Virus record (IMG/VR): IMGVR_UViG_2627854066_000006 | Reading direction: 5' to 3' (one strand) | DNA length: 44,766 nucleotides | Source of the DNA: a virus | Lineage: Duplodnaviria > Heunggongvirae > Uroviricota > Caudoviricetes | Shown: piece after piece, positions 8,987-17,564 of the stretch | How the letters are laid out: every line of letters starts with the position of its first letter | Numbering within the stretch: position 1 is the stretch's first letter | Program-made: the position numbers and the translations under genes | Notes under the pieces: model-generated | What the model was told of the DNA's origin: nothing | Database searches by the model: none | The model's input: the letters and a program-made list of their open reading frames with translations, nothing else

Positions 8987-9412
8987 GTGGCAAAAGTATT
9001 TACACAAGAAGAGCGGGAAAAAATTAAGAGGCAGGTTGTTGAACTCGTGCGCCTGAGCGGGCGCGAGACGTTACGACAACTGGAAGCGAAAACAGGTGCG
9101 ACAAGATATCTGATGAGTGTTCTCGCCAGAGAGCTGGTTGCCAGTGGCGATGTATACAATTCTGGCTACGGGTTATTCCCGTCTGAACAGGCGCGTAAGG
9201 ACTGGCAAAATGCCCGCAAAAAACTCTCAAGGGCAAAGGTGAAGAAACCTGCAGTGGTTGATCCGGACCTTATCTGGTCGTTACCAGACGGCGAAATACG
9301 CCGCTACGACAGGCGCCTGAATATAATCTGTCGCGAGTGCCGGAAGAGCGAAGCTATGCAGCGTGTACTGGCATTTTATCAAGGAAATGTTAGGTATTTT
9401 AGACGTTACTAG
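8987..9412 (+). CDS. Hypothetical phage protein
   Basis: 141-aa ORF with GTG start and CAGGAGGG RBS; basic C-terminus; no family recognised. Confidence 0.5.
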   Translation: MAKVFTQEEREKIKRQVVELVRLSGRETLRQLEAKTGATRYLMSVLARELVASGDVYNSGYGLFPSEQARKDWQNARKKLSRAKVKKPAVVDPDLIWSLPDGEIRRYDRRLNIICRECRKSEAMQRVLAFYQGNVRYFRRY

Positions 9413-9565
9413 ATTAAAGAGCATTAGTTCAGATGTGAATTGACATTTTCATGGCGCAGGGTAGAGCCAGCGTGGTTGTCCGCTTTGCGTCAAAACCAGA
9501 TATTACCAGATTTAGACATATATTCCCGATAGCCCTGCTCTGATGCTACACTCTGTGCTATTTTC

Positions 9566-10252
9566 ATGACCCCAATAAAAATATTTATGACTATTGCTGA
9601 TTTCAAACGGCCTAAATTGGAGCTCCCAAACGGGGCAAACAAACTACTACTGCACTCTTGCTGTGCTCCATGTTCCGGTGAAGTGATGGAGGCGCTTCAG
9701 GCCTCGGGAATCGACTACACCATCTTTTTCTACAACCCGAACATTCATCCTCAGAAAGAGTATTTAATTCGTAAGGATGAAAATATTCGCTTTGCTGAAC
9801 AACACGGCGTGCCGTTTATCGATGCTGATTACGACACCGACAACTGGTTTGAACGTGCCAAAGGAATGGAATGGGAGCCTGAGAGGGGGATCCGTTGTAC
9901 CATGTGTTTTGACATGCGTTTTGAGCGGACAGCGTTGTACGCTGCTGAAAATGGTTTCAGTGTGATCAGCAGTTCACTGGGCATTTCACGCTGGAAAAAT
10001 ATGCAGCAGGTTAACGAGTGTGGGCGGCGAGCTGTTGCGCATTATCCGGGTATGGTGTACTGGGATTATAACTGGCGCAAGCAGGGCGGCTCGTCCCGTA
10101 TGATTGAAATCAGCAAGCGCGAAAAATTCTATCAGCAGGAATATTGTGGCTGTGTGTATTCTCTGCGCGATACCAATCTACACCGCAAATCTCAGGGACG
10201 CCCTCTTATCAAAATTGGCCAACTCCACTACGGAAAAGAAGAGAAGGAGTGA
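9566..10252 (+). CDS. QueH-family (DUF208) epoxyqueuosine reductase-like protein
   Basis: [18 protein letters not shown] and EYCGCVYS cysteine motifs in QueH-typical order and spacing. Start may be the second ATG at 9587. Confidence 0.7.
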   Translation: MTPIKIFMTIADFKRPKLELPNGANKLLLHSCCAPCSGEVMEALQASGIDYTIFFYNPNIHPQKEYLIRKDENIRFAEQHGVPFIDADYDTDNWFERAKGMEWEPERGIRCTMCFDMRFERTALYAAENGFSVISSSLGISRWKNMQQVNECGRRAVAHYPGMVYWDYNWRKQGGSSRMIEISKREKFYQQEYCGCVYSLRDTNLHRKSQGRPLIKIGQLHYGKEEKE

Positions 10253-10489
10253 TTTTATGGATCACCTTTCTGATTGATTTCATATTGGCGAGGTGACGTG
10301 AGTTAAGTAGAATGGCTGCGGGTGCTTGAGGCTATCTGTCTCAGGCATGAACACTGAAAGGCAGATAGAGAAAAGCCCCAGTTAACATTACGCGTCCGGC
10401 AAGACGCTTAACATTAATCTGAGGCTCAATCTATGAACGGCAAATCTAGGTTAGCCTCTTACGTGCCGAAAGGCAAGGAGAAGCAGGCT

Positions 10490-10645
10490 ATGAAGCAGCA
10501 AAAGGCGATGTTAATCGCCCTGATCGTCATCTGTTTAACCGTCATTGTGACGGCACTGGTAACGAGGAAAGACCTCTGCGAGGTACGAATCCGAACCGGC
10601 CAGACGGAGGTCGCTGTCTTCACAGCTTACGAACCTGAGGAGTAA
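10490..10645 (+). CDS. hokD: Hok/Gef-family type I toxin
   Basis: 51 aa MKQQKAMLIALIVICLTVIVTALVTRKDLCEVRIRTGQTEVAVFTAYEPEE, as recalled for HokD/RelF. In-frame upstream extension to 10433 (mok-like leader). Confidence 0.8.
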   Translation: MKQQKAMLIALIVICLTVIVTALVTRKDLCEVRIRTGQTEVAVFTAYEPEE

Positions 10646-10712
10646 GAGACCTGGCGAGGGAGAAATCCCTCGCCACCTCTGATGAGTCAGGCATCCTCAA
10701 CGCACCCGCACT

Positions 10713-10740
10713 TAACCCGCTTCGGCGGGTTTTGTTTTTT
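10713..10740 (+). terminator. Rho-independent terminator downstream of hok
   Basis: ACCCGC-TTCG-GCGGGT hairpin followed by TTTGTTTTTT. Confidence 0.55.
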
Positions 10741-10812
10741 CCTGGCATTCTGGTTTACAATTCGCACGTCAGCCTGAACACCTGACACCTGCTGCGCCAG
10801 CAGAGAAAACAG

Positions 10813-11085
10813 ATGGCGCACAAAACCAAATTTCACAATTCTGATACCGACCTTGCCATCCGGCATGAGCGGCGTTCACACGCATTTAAAACCGACTGGT
10901 ACCAACACCCACCATGTACTGAAGAACAGGCCGAATGGCTAATTCATAACTACAGCAGACGCGGATACGAGATTAAGAAAGCCCTCAGCCTCGATTATCG
11001 TCACTGGATAATCTATGTCAGGCTCCCTTATTCCGAACGCCCACCGCGCCCATCCCGCACATACCAGCAACGGATCTGGAGGTAA
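10813..11085 (+). CDS. Hypothetical small protein (Rem-like position)
   Basis: 90-aa ORF between hok and the DUF968 gene; no family recognised. Confidence 0.4.
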   Translation: MAHKTKFHNSDTDLAIRHERRSHAFKTDWYQHPPCTEEQAEWLIHNYSRRGYEIKKALSLDYRHWIIYVRLPYSERPPRPSRTYQQRIWR

Positions 11086-11158
11086 CGTGCGGATATTACT
11101 TCGACCTGTTCTGGTACCGGAACTCGGGCTTGTGGTCCTTAGGCCGGGCTGTGAATCC

Positions 11159-12136
11159 ATGCAAGTATTTCATAACCCTCGAGTGCTGGTGGAGCCTGAA
11201 CCGAAAAGCATGCGTAATCTGCCGTCCGGGGTCGTTCCTGCCGTTCGCCAGCCGCTGGTGGAAGACAAAACATTGCTGCCGTTTTTCAGTAACGCACGGG
11301 TGATTCGTGCTGCTGGTGGTGCTGGTGCATTGTCTGACTGGCTGTTGCGCCATATTAAATCCTGCCAGTGGCCACACGGCGATTATCATCACAGCGAAAC
11401 CGTCATTCACCGTTATGGTACCGGCGCAATGGTGTTGTGCTGGCACTGCGACAACCAGTTGCGTGACCAGACATCCGAATCACTCGAGCAACTTGCTCAT
11501 CAAAACCTGTCAGCATGGATGATTGACGTCATCGGTCACGCAATAAGCGGTACGCAGGAGCGTGAATTATCTCTGGCTGAATTATCCTGGTGGGCGGTCC
11601 GCAATCAGGTGGCGGACGCGCTACCGGAAGCGGTATTACGTCGTTCGCTGGGGTTGCGTGCGGAAAAAATCCGCTCAATGTACCGTGAAAGCGACATCGT
11701 ACCGGGAGAGCAGACCGCCACCAGCATACTGAAACAGCGCACAAAAAATCTTGCGCCGCTGCCTCACGCCCACCAGCAACAGAACCCACCACAGGAAAAG
11801 ACGGTGGTCAGCATTGCCGTTGATCCTGAGTCTCCGGAATCTTTCATGAAACGACCTAAACGTCGCCGCTGGGTTAACGAGAAATACACACGCTGGGTGA
11901 AGACACAGCCGTGTGCGTGTTGTGGTAAGCCAGCCGACGATCCCCATCACCTGATTGGTCATGGTCAGGGCGGAATGGGGACAAAATCTCACGATATTTT
12001 CACGCTACCGCTGTGTCGGGAGCATCACAACGAGCTTCATGCGGATCCTCTGGCGTTCGAAGAAAAGCATGGTTCTCAGGTTGATTTAATTTTTCGTTTT
12101 CTTGATCACGCCTTTGCAACTGGCGTGCTTGGGTAA
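11159..12136 (+). CDS. DUF968-family protein with C-terminal HNH-like zinc-binding motif (YdfU-like)
   Basis: C-terminus CACCGKPADDPHHLIGHGQGGMGTKSHDIFTLPLCREHHNELH; usual neighbour of rusA. Start uncertain: the ORF is open from 11015 and overlaps the upstream ORF in another frame. Confidence 0.6.
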   Translation: MQVFHNPRVLVEPEPKSMRNLPSGVVPAVRQPLVEDKTLLPFFSNARVIRAAGGAGALSDWLLRHIKSCQWPHGDYHHSETVIHRYGTGAMVLCWHCDNQLRDQTSESLEQLAHQNLSAWMIDVIGHAISGTQERELSLAELSWWAVRNQVADALPEAVLRRSLGLRAEKIRSMYRESDIVPGEQTATSILKQRTKNLAPLPHAHQQQNPPQEKTVVSIAVDPESPESFMKRPKRRRWVNEKYTRWVKTQPCACCGKPADDPHHLIGHGQGGMGTKSHDIFTLPLCREHHNELHADPLAFEEKHGSQVDLIFRFLDHAFATGVLG

Positions 12137-12148
12137 AAGAGGTGACTG

Positions 12149-12481
12149 ATGCTCATAGATTTGGTTTTACCTTACCCGCCGACGGTGAACACTTACTGGC
12201 GACGCCGTGGCAGCACATATTTTATCTCGGAGGAGGGAAAGCGTTATCGCCGGGCTGTGGCGCTTATTGTTCGCCAGCAGCGGCTGAAATTAAGCCTGTC
12301 CGGAAGGCTGGCGATAAAGGTGATTGCAGAGCCACCGGATAAGCGTCGTCGCGACCTGGACAATATCCTGAAAGCACCGCTGGATGCGCTGACGCATGCG
12401 GGAGTGTTAATGGACGATGAGCAGTTTGATGAAATCAATATCGTTCGTGGTCAGCCAGTATCTGGTGGACGTCTGGGGTGA
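12149..12481 (+). CDS. rusA: Holliday junction resolvase RusA
   Basis: LVLPYPPTVNTYWRRRG...PDKRRRDLDNILKAPLDALTHAGVLMDDEQ matches the RusA motif pattern. C-terminus ends at ...GGRLG, about 10 aa shorter than recalled K-12 RusA. Confidence 0.8.
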   Translation: MLIDLVLPYPPTVNTYWRRRGSTYFISEEGKRYRRAVALIVRQQRLKLSLSGRLAIKVIAEPPDKRRRDLDNILKAPLDALTHAGVLMDDEQFDEINIVRGQPVSGGRLG

Positions 12482-12518
12482 AGATTTACCCCATAATGCA
12501 TTAAGAGCAGGTCAAAAA

Positions 12519-13340
12519 ATGAAACTGGAAGATTTACCGAAATACTACTCCCCAAAATCCCCTGGCCTGACCGATGCATCGGCCTCAACGTCAAAAGATG
12601 CGCTGAGTATCACTGATGTGATGGCCGCGCAGGGCATGACACAGAATCGGGCTGAGATGGGTTTTTCTGCGTTCCTGGGGAAAATGGGCATCAGTATGAA
12701 TGACAGGGCGCGGGCAACAGAATTACTGGCAGATTATGCACTCAGTCGGTGCGATCGTGTGGCGGCGTTGAGAAAACTTCCGGCAGAAATAAAACCGGTA
12801 GTGATGCGCATTATGGCTTCGTACGCTTTTGAGGATTATGCCCGCAGCGCAGCGAGTAAAAAGCAGTGCCCTTGTTGCTATGGGGAAAAATTTATTGAAA
12901 GCATAGTTTTTACAAACAAGGTCCAGTATCCGGATGGTAAGCCGCCGGTATGGGCAAAGTGTACGAAAGGTGTGTATCCGTCTTACTGGGAAGAATGGAA
13001 AAAAGTCAGGGAGGTGGTAAAAGTTGCGTGTCCGGAGTGTGGCGGAAAGGGTGAGGTTTCCACCGCCTGTAAGGATTGCCGTGGGCGTGGTGTCGCCATT
13101 CATCGTGAAGAGTCGGTAAAACGTGGTATGCCTGTTATCAGAGACTGCCAGCGTTGTGGTGGTCGTGGCTATGAAAGACTACCATCAACGGAGGCATTTA
13201 ATGCCATACGCAAAGTGACGAGTGCTATCACGCTTGATACGTGGAAAAAATCAGTGAAACGCTTTTACGATACGTTGGTGGTTCGGTTTGACATTGAAGA
13301 GGCATGGGCGGAGCGGCAGTTAAAGAGGGTAACGCGATAG
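12519..13340 (+). CDS. Putative late-gene antiterminator Q-like protein with four CxxC(xGxG) zinc-finger repeats
   Basis: 273 aa from the internal Met with AAGAGCAGG RBS; motifs CPCCYGEK, CPECGGKGE, CKDCRGRG, CQRCGGRG. Sits between rusA and the lysis region. Q assignment is positional. Confidence 0.5.
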   Translation: MKLEDLPKYYSPKSPGLTDASASTSKDALSITDVMAAQGMTQNRAEMGFSAFLGKMGISMNDRARATELLADYALSRCDRVAALRKLPAEIKPVVMRIMASYAFEDYARSAASKKQCPCCYGEKFIESIVFTNKVQYPDGKPPVWAKCTKGVYPSYWEEWKKVREVVKVACPECGGKGEVSTACKDCRGRGVAIHREESVKRGMPVIRDCQRCGGRGYERLPSTEAFNAIRKVTSAITLDTWKKSVKRFYDTLVVRFDIEEAWAERQLKRVTR

Positions 13341-13620
13341 TATCGTTGATTTTTCCCGAATCTGTGTTAAATTCGCCCTAACGATGGGCGTTTTATGCCT
13401 GACGTTAGAGGAATTTTTACAGCCCGCCTCCGAGTGGGCTTTTGTTGATCGTAAAAACAGTATGTATGGTATCTAACAATAGGTGATTCCTGCTTTGATG
13501 CAGGATGTGGATATGATACTGTATGTTTGTACACTATCAATATGATCAAATAACCAGTAACCACTTTAAATGAATTGGTATTAAATTAGACTCTTCCCTA
13601 CTTCATTTGGATAAGAGTTT

Positions 13621-14661
13621 ATGGTTTCTGAAACTGTAACGATTACGTTCTATAAAATTCAAAAATGTGGTTACTACCGTTACGGTGTTGTAAGCCCTGC
13701 ATTTGGTGGTTGTGACGAGTTGCTCACAGATCTTGCTTTATGGGCAGAAGGGAAAAAACTCAAACAGACAAAGACATATGAAGCAAATGATGAGGTTTTA
13801 CCTGCTTATCTTCTGGATATGAAACGTGCTGGTGACAATGTGGTTTTGTTGCTCTGGAATGAGGTTCCTTCTACAGATCAAAGTGTTCCATCGGTTCAGG
13901 AAGATACAGAATTTGGTACGGACCCAACAGTAATACTTAATTCAATCCAGAAGGGAAGTATTCCTGGTTTTGCTACTTACTTTTGGTTTATTCCATCCAT
14001 GGATTTAGTGGCTAGCATCAAGTTTAACCATGCTTTGACGGGACAGAAGGCGATGCAATGCTATCTCTATCATTTTTTAAAACAGTCATCAAGCCACGTT
14101 GTGGCGGAAAGTGTGGAGAAGGAAGATGGCACGCATGAGGTGGTTATCAAGGGCTATAAAATTAACCCAACAGATGATGTGCTGCCAAAGAAAAAACACT
14201 ATCCACAGTTCGTAGCTGGTTTAGTAAGAAATCCTGGTAAACATGAAGTTATTAGGCAGAATGCTAATATTGTTTCTAAAATTGAAAAGGTTGTTGAACT
14301 TGATGTGTCAAAACCTGACGAGTTTAGCCTGTGGCAAAAACTATTGATTAATATGAATATTAGCCATCCACAAACTGCAAATACCTCAACAAAAATTAAA
14401 TATGAACTTTCTCCGAATGTTGATATTGATGACATCGAGGGGATGATTGATGATTGGAATAAACATAGCGATACAAACTCTTGTGATTATGGTTTTGTAT
14501 TTAAAGGAGATCCAACGACATATTGGCTCAGTCGTTCATTAGCACGAACCAAATTCCACTTGAATTTGGAGCGACAGGACGCCGAGTTTGTGTCCTCGGA
14601 ATCTCTTCTTTCTGAACTTGTAGGCAAAAGGGAGCTCATATTACGCGAGGCGGGAATGTAG
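13621..14661 (+). CDS. Uncharacterized 346-aa soluble protein; first gene of an AT-rich two-gene moron
   Basis: Long ORF in a low-GC block (roughly 35-40% versus about 50% in flanks); no TM segments; no family recognised. Stop TAG abuts the next ATG. Confidence 0.65.
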   Translation: MVSETVTITFYKIQKCGYYRYGVVSPAFGGCDELLTDLALWAEGKKLKQTKTYEANDEVLPAYLLDMKRAGDNVVLLLWNEVPSTDQSVPSVQEDTEFGTDPTVILNSIQKGSIPGFATYFWFIPSMDLVASIKFNHALTGQKAMQCYLYHFLKQSSSHVVAESVEKEDGTHEVVIKGYKINPTDDVLPKKKHYPQFVAGLVRNPGKHEVIRQNANIVSKIEKVVELDVSKPDEFSLWQKLLINMNISHPQTANTSTKIKYELSPNVDIDDIEGMIDDWNKHSDTNSCDYGFVFKGDPTTYWLSRSLARTKFHLNLERQDAEFVSSESLLSELVGKRELILREAGM

Positions 14662-15171
14662 ATGAAAATCTTAGGTGGAATTTTTCTTATGGTCGTTCTG
14701 ATTTTTTCTGCCTATTTTGGGAAGAATGTTCCCTTCTCATCCCAGTGGCCTCTTTATGAGGCCCTGCGAACTACAGCATCCATTATCTTTGCAGTTGTGG
14801 GAGCTTGGTTTGCGATAATCTATCCTGAACGATTAAAAAAATCATTTAGAGGTGGCAGTTCAGCGAGTGAATCTAATGGCAGTGGGATTACAAGGTTATT
14901 TACACCAATTGTACATTCTACTGCTATTTTAGCATCAGTTTTAATTATTGGCGTTGTTGCGCCATTAGTAAAACAGATACCGTTTTTTATAGATCACAAG
15001 GACATTTTTAGGGGCGCGTCATATGCCATTTTGGTTTTTTTAACTTTATGGCAACTGTTGACAGTAATTTATAGTCTCATTGGTCCTGATATGGTTAAAA
15101 GACATAACTCGTTCCAAGAGAGAGAGAAAGATGCTGCTAATTCTATATTACCTGTCAATAAACGCAAATAA
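14662..15171 (+). CDS. Uncharacterized 169-aa membrane protein (four predicted TM helices, charged C-terminal tail); second gene of the moron
   Basis: Hydrophobic segments ILGGIFLMVVLIFSAYFG, TASIIFAVVGAWFAIIY, STAILASVLIIGVVAPLV, ASYAILVFLTLWQLLTVIYSLIG; terminator follows. Confidence 0.65.
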   Translation: MKILGGIFLMVVLIFSAYFGKNVPFSSQWPLYEALRTTASIIFAVVGAWFAIIYPERLKKSFRGGSSASESNGSGITRLFTPIVHSTAILASVLIIGVVAPLVKQIPFFIDHKDIFRGASYAILVFLTLWQLLTVIYSLIGPDMVKRHNSFQEREKDAANSILPVNKRK

Positions 15172-15266
15172 CATTTAAGTTAGTAAATTCGTTTCTTGAG
15201 TCGAGTCGCCATGTTGATGGTTTTTTATTTATTATAACGAATAACGGGTTCTTTTGATCATTTTAT

Positions 15267-15289
15267 CCGCCGTACTAGGCGGTTTTTTT
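15267..15289 (+). terminator. Rho-independent terminator after the two-gene moron
   Basis: CCGCC-GTACTA-GGCGG hairpin followed by TTTTTTT. Confidence 0.55.
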
Positions 15290-15462
15290 ATTCAGAATTT
15301 TGTTTCTTTATGGCTCGCTACGGCGGGCCTTTTTCATATCCGCGCCACGTCCGGCGTACATCGCATCAGATAACACCACACAAAAGGCATCTGCGGGTGT
15401 CTTTGACGGGGTGTTTTTTACGGGCCGCTGGTGGCCCTTTTTTATTTACAGGAGAAAAAAGT

Positions 15463-15855
15463 ATGTCTGAACCCTTATCCGGTTCCGGCACGGCTGCGGC
15501 GCTCGGTGGGGCGACGGTATTCGGGCTGTTTACCGGAACGGATTTCGGGATTGTGTTTGGTGCGTTTGCGGGAGCGTTGTTTGTGGCAACAATGCCGCAG
15601 GCGCTTTCAGCCTGGCGTGTGGCGGCGCATTTTCTTGTGTCGTTTATTATCGGTGTGCTGGGTGCAGAGGTTCTGGCATCCTGGCTGGTAAAGCATACAG
15701 AGTTTGACGGTGCGCCTGTCGACGCACTGTGTGCAGTGCTGGTGTCAGTGGTGTCGGTGAAGATTCTCTCGTTCATCCACCAGCAGGATATTGCATCACT
15801 GGTGTCCGGTCTGTTCTCCCGCCTGCGGGGCGGAGGAGGCGGCAATGTTAAGTAA
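15463..15855 (+). CDS. Putative holin / lysis membrane protein
   Basis: 130 aa from the internal Met with AGGAGA RBS; hydrophobic glycine-rich segments; first gene of the lysis cluster. Confidence 0.5.
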   Translation: MSEPLSGSGTAAALGGATVFGLFTGTDFGIVFGAFAGALFVATMPQALSAWRVAAHFLVSFIIGVLGAEVLASWLVKHTEFDGAPVDALCAVLVSVVSVKILSFIHQQDIASLVSGLFSRLRGGGGGNVK

Positions 15856-16120
15856 CCTTCCCGGATTGCTGAATGTGGCGTTATGCACGGTTATCGTGCT
15901 GACGCTCTTTTTTTATCGTCGTCGTGACTCCAGACACAAACCATTGATGTCATGGCTGGCCTGGCTGCTGATGCTGTTGTATGCCTTTGCGCCCCTCAGC
16001 TATCTGTGTGGTCGCCCGTTAGCAACGGGCTGGCTGGAAGTGTTTTTTAATCTGCTGTTCTGCGTGCTGGTGATACGCGCGCGCGGGAACGTCACAAAAA
16101 TTTTTCCATTGTTGAGGTGA
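15845..16120 (+). CDS. Putative holin-like membrane protein
   Basis: 91 aa from the internal Met, two to three predicted TM helices (LLNVALCTVIVLTLFFY, LAWLLMLLYAFAPLSYL, VFFNLLFCVLVI); overlaps the upstream stop; immediately precedes the endolysin. Confidence 0.5.
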   Translation: MLSNLPGLLNVALCTVIVLTLFFYRRRDSRHKPLMSWLAWLLMLLYAFAPLSYLCGRPLATGWLEVFFNLLFCVLVIRARGNVTKIFPLLR

Positions 16121-16122
16121 AT

Positions 16123-16500
16123 ATGTCGGGTAAATTCAGATTTAGTCGTCGCAGCGAAAAGAATCTGGAGGGCGTTAAACCACAGCTGGTTGCTGTAGTT
16201 CGCCGTGCGCTGGAGCTGACGGAGGTTGATTTCGGTATTACGGAAGGCCTGCGCAGTAAGTATCGCCAGAAACAGCTGGTCGCGGAAGGGAAAAGCCAGA
16301 CCATGAACAGCCGCCACCTGACCGGTGATGCAGTGGATGTTGTGGCCTACATTGGCAGCCTGGTGTCATGGGACTGGCCTCTGTACGAGAAAATCGCGCA
16401 GGCATTTAAGCAGGCTGCCGCAGAGCTGGGAACTGCCATCGAATGGGGCGGGGACTGGAAAACACTGAAAGACGGACCTCACTTTCAGTTGAAACGCTGA
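16123..16500 (+). CDS. Endolysin, peptidase M15 family (L-alanyl-D-glutamate peptidase type)
   Basis: 125 aa; MNSRHLTGDAVDVVAY...WGGDWKTLKDGPHFQL is typical of M15 zinc peptidase endolysins; GAGGTGA RBS. Confidence 0.75.
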   Translation: MSGKFRFSRRSEKNLEGVKPQLVAVVRRALELTEVDFGITEGLRSKYRQKQLVAEGKSQTMNSRHLTGDAVDVVAYIGSLVSWDWPLYEKIAQAFKQAAAELGTAIEWGGDWKTLKDGPHFQLKR

Positions 16501-16514
16501 TAACCAGGTGTGTT

Positions 16515-16700
16515 ATGAGCAGAAAACACTGGACACACAGAATGCCGCGAACGGCGGCGAAATGGGCACTGGTAGCGATACTGGTGCCTTTTTTATTGGC
16601 GGGATGCGTTAGCCTGGATAAGGCACGCCAGTTTTTTGACGCTGCTTCTCAGGCCTGCCAACTGATTGATGGCATCCGGCAGTGTATGCAGCGAGGTTAG
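16515..16700 (+). CDS. Small lipoprotein (lipobox LLAGC); possible spanin-like remnant
   Basis: 61 aa with signal peptide and lipobox, in the Rz/Rz1 position after the endolysin. No full-length i-spanin gene is present. Confidence 0.4.
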   Translation: MSRKHWTHRMPRTAAKWALVAILVPFLLAGCVSLDKARQFFDAASQACQLIDGIRQCMQRG

Positions 16701-16746
16701 ATAAAGTGAACTCAATTCATCCTCGCATATTTATTCAGGAGGAAAT

Positions 16747-16881
16747 ATGTTTCTTTTCCCAAAGATTTTTAATATTGCTATGAAGTCAAAATTATTAAAA
16801 ATTCTCAATAAAAAACCTGAGGGCGCAGTTGATAATACGGGAGCGTTTTACTTAAAAGGAAATATTACATACACCAGATAA
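16747..16881 (+). CDS. Hypothetical 44-aa protein in AT-rich islet
   Basis: Hand-translated MFLFPKIFNIAMKSKLLKILNKKPEGAVDNTGAFYLKGNITYTR; AGGAGG RBS 5 nt upstream. Confidence 0.3.
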   Translation: MFLFPKIFNIAMKSKLLKILNKKPEGAVDNTGAFYLKGNITYTR

Positions 16882-16909
16882 AGAAAAGGGGGGAGGTTGC
16901 TCCCTCCCC
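16879..16909 (-). terminator. Hairpin terminator for the minus-strand gene of the AT-rich islet
   Basis: GGGGAGG-TTGCTC-CCTCCCC hairpin; on the minus strand it is followed by TTTTCTTTAT. Confidence 0.4.
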
Positions 16910-16933
16910 GCTCCTGTAAACGATGGATTCAGA

Positions 16934-17143
16934 TTATATCTTTGGGTTGAAATTACTATATAAGCTGGCCTCTTCATTAAGCCCGACGCCTTTTAGATCT
17001 GCAATGAATGAATCACGCTGTTCTGGAGGTAGTTTAGCCAATAATATTCCAATCGTAACTTTTAAACGGGAAATTTCTAAAGCTACGTCAGAAATGGTTT
17101 CAACCTTTGTTGTTACATTTAAATTTATATTAAAGCTTGTCAT
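16934..17143 (-). CDS. Hypothetical 69-aa protein in AT-rich islet
   Basis: From the internal Met of ORF 16934..17173 with AAGGA RBS; followed by the hairpin terminator above. Confidence 0.4.
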   Translation of the reverse strand: MTSFNINLNVTTKVETISDVALEISRLKVTIGILLAKLPPEQRDSFIADLKGVGLNEEASLYSNFNPKI

Positions 17144-17564
17144 TGTCATTCCTTTTGCGGAGCCGTTAGCCAAGGCTCTTATTCATTGTTCACACAGTGT
17201 CCGATCACTGGAGGGCTGAGGTTGTATTTTAACAATGGATAAAGCGCATAAAAACCAGGATATTCAACCAGTAAGCGACAAAAGGAGTATTGTCCACAGC
17301 ATTACAGCAGCCCTTCCGTTGAACTGACCCCATAAAATCGGAAATTGTTTCTGCTGACTCTCCATTTTTATTGGATGGGCGGTTGTGTGGGGGTCATTCA
17401 CTGGTGCTGAGCATCGAAACGAATGCAAATCGCTGTCGTGAATTGCTTGATGAAACAATGCAGCTTGTCAATGAACATAATCAGCACGCTGTGGCGGCGG
17501 GACTGAATGCAATACATGTTATCCCCGAGAGAGAAACGTTTTAATCGCTGGAGAACGAAGTTCC

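Noticed and set aside
10433-10489. N-terminal extension of the hok ORF to 70 aa
   Set aside because: The upstream ATG adds 19 residues not found in Hok toxins; the conserved toxin starts at MKQQK (10490). The extension probably reflects leader or mok-like sequence.
12417-12518. Upstream extension of the Q-like ORF to 307 aa, overlapping rusA
   Set aside because: It overlaps the rusA 3' end in another frame and has no RBS; the internal ATG at 12519 has one and follows the rusA stop.
13505-13535. LexA-box-like sequence ACTGTATGTTTGTACAC upstream of the two-gene moron
   Set aside because: Fits CTGT-N8-ACA but has ACAC where the conserved CAG half-site should be, so SOS regulation cannot be claimed without binding data.
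13367-13564. 65-aa minus-strand ORF in the Q-to-moron intergenic region
   Set aside because: No RBS and lies across a likely promoter/terminator region; more probably non-coding.
13621-14661. Moron gene A as a CBASS/Pycsar cyclase, or the pair as a Kiwa-type system
   Set aside because: No GS...[DE]x[DE] motif and no cyclase metal-binding aspartates (the VTITFYKIQKCG segment has Lys where a catalytic Asp would sit); gene order (soluble then membrane) and sizes do not match my recollection of Kiwa.
15290-15462. Possible tRNA gene between Q and the lysis genes, as in Stx phages
   Set aside because: No cloverleaf-compatible acceptor/T-arm found; the region holds only a GC hairpin plus T-run and the holin RBS.
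15366-15845. 159-aa minus-strand ORF opposite the holin gene
   Set aside because: Pro/Ala-rich antisense translation; the plus-strand gene has an RBS and membrane-protein character.
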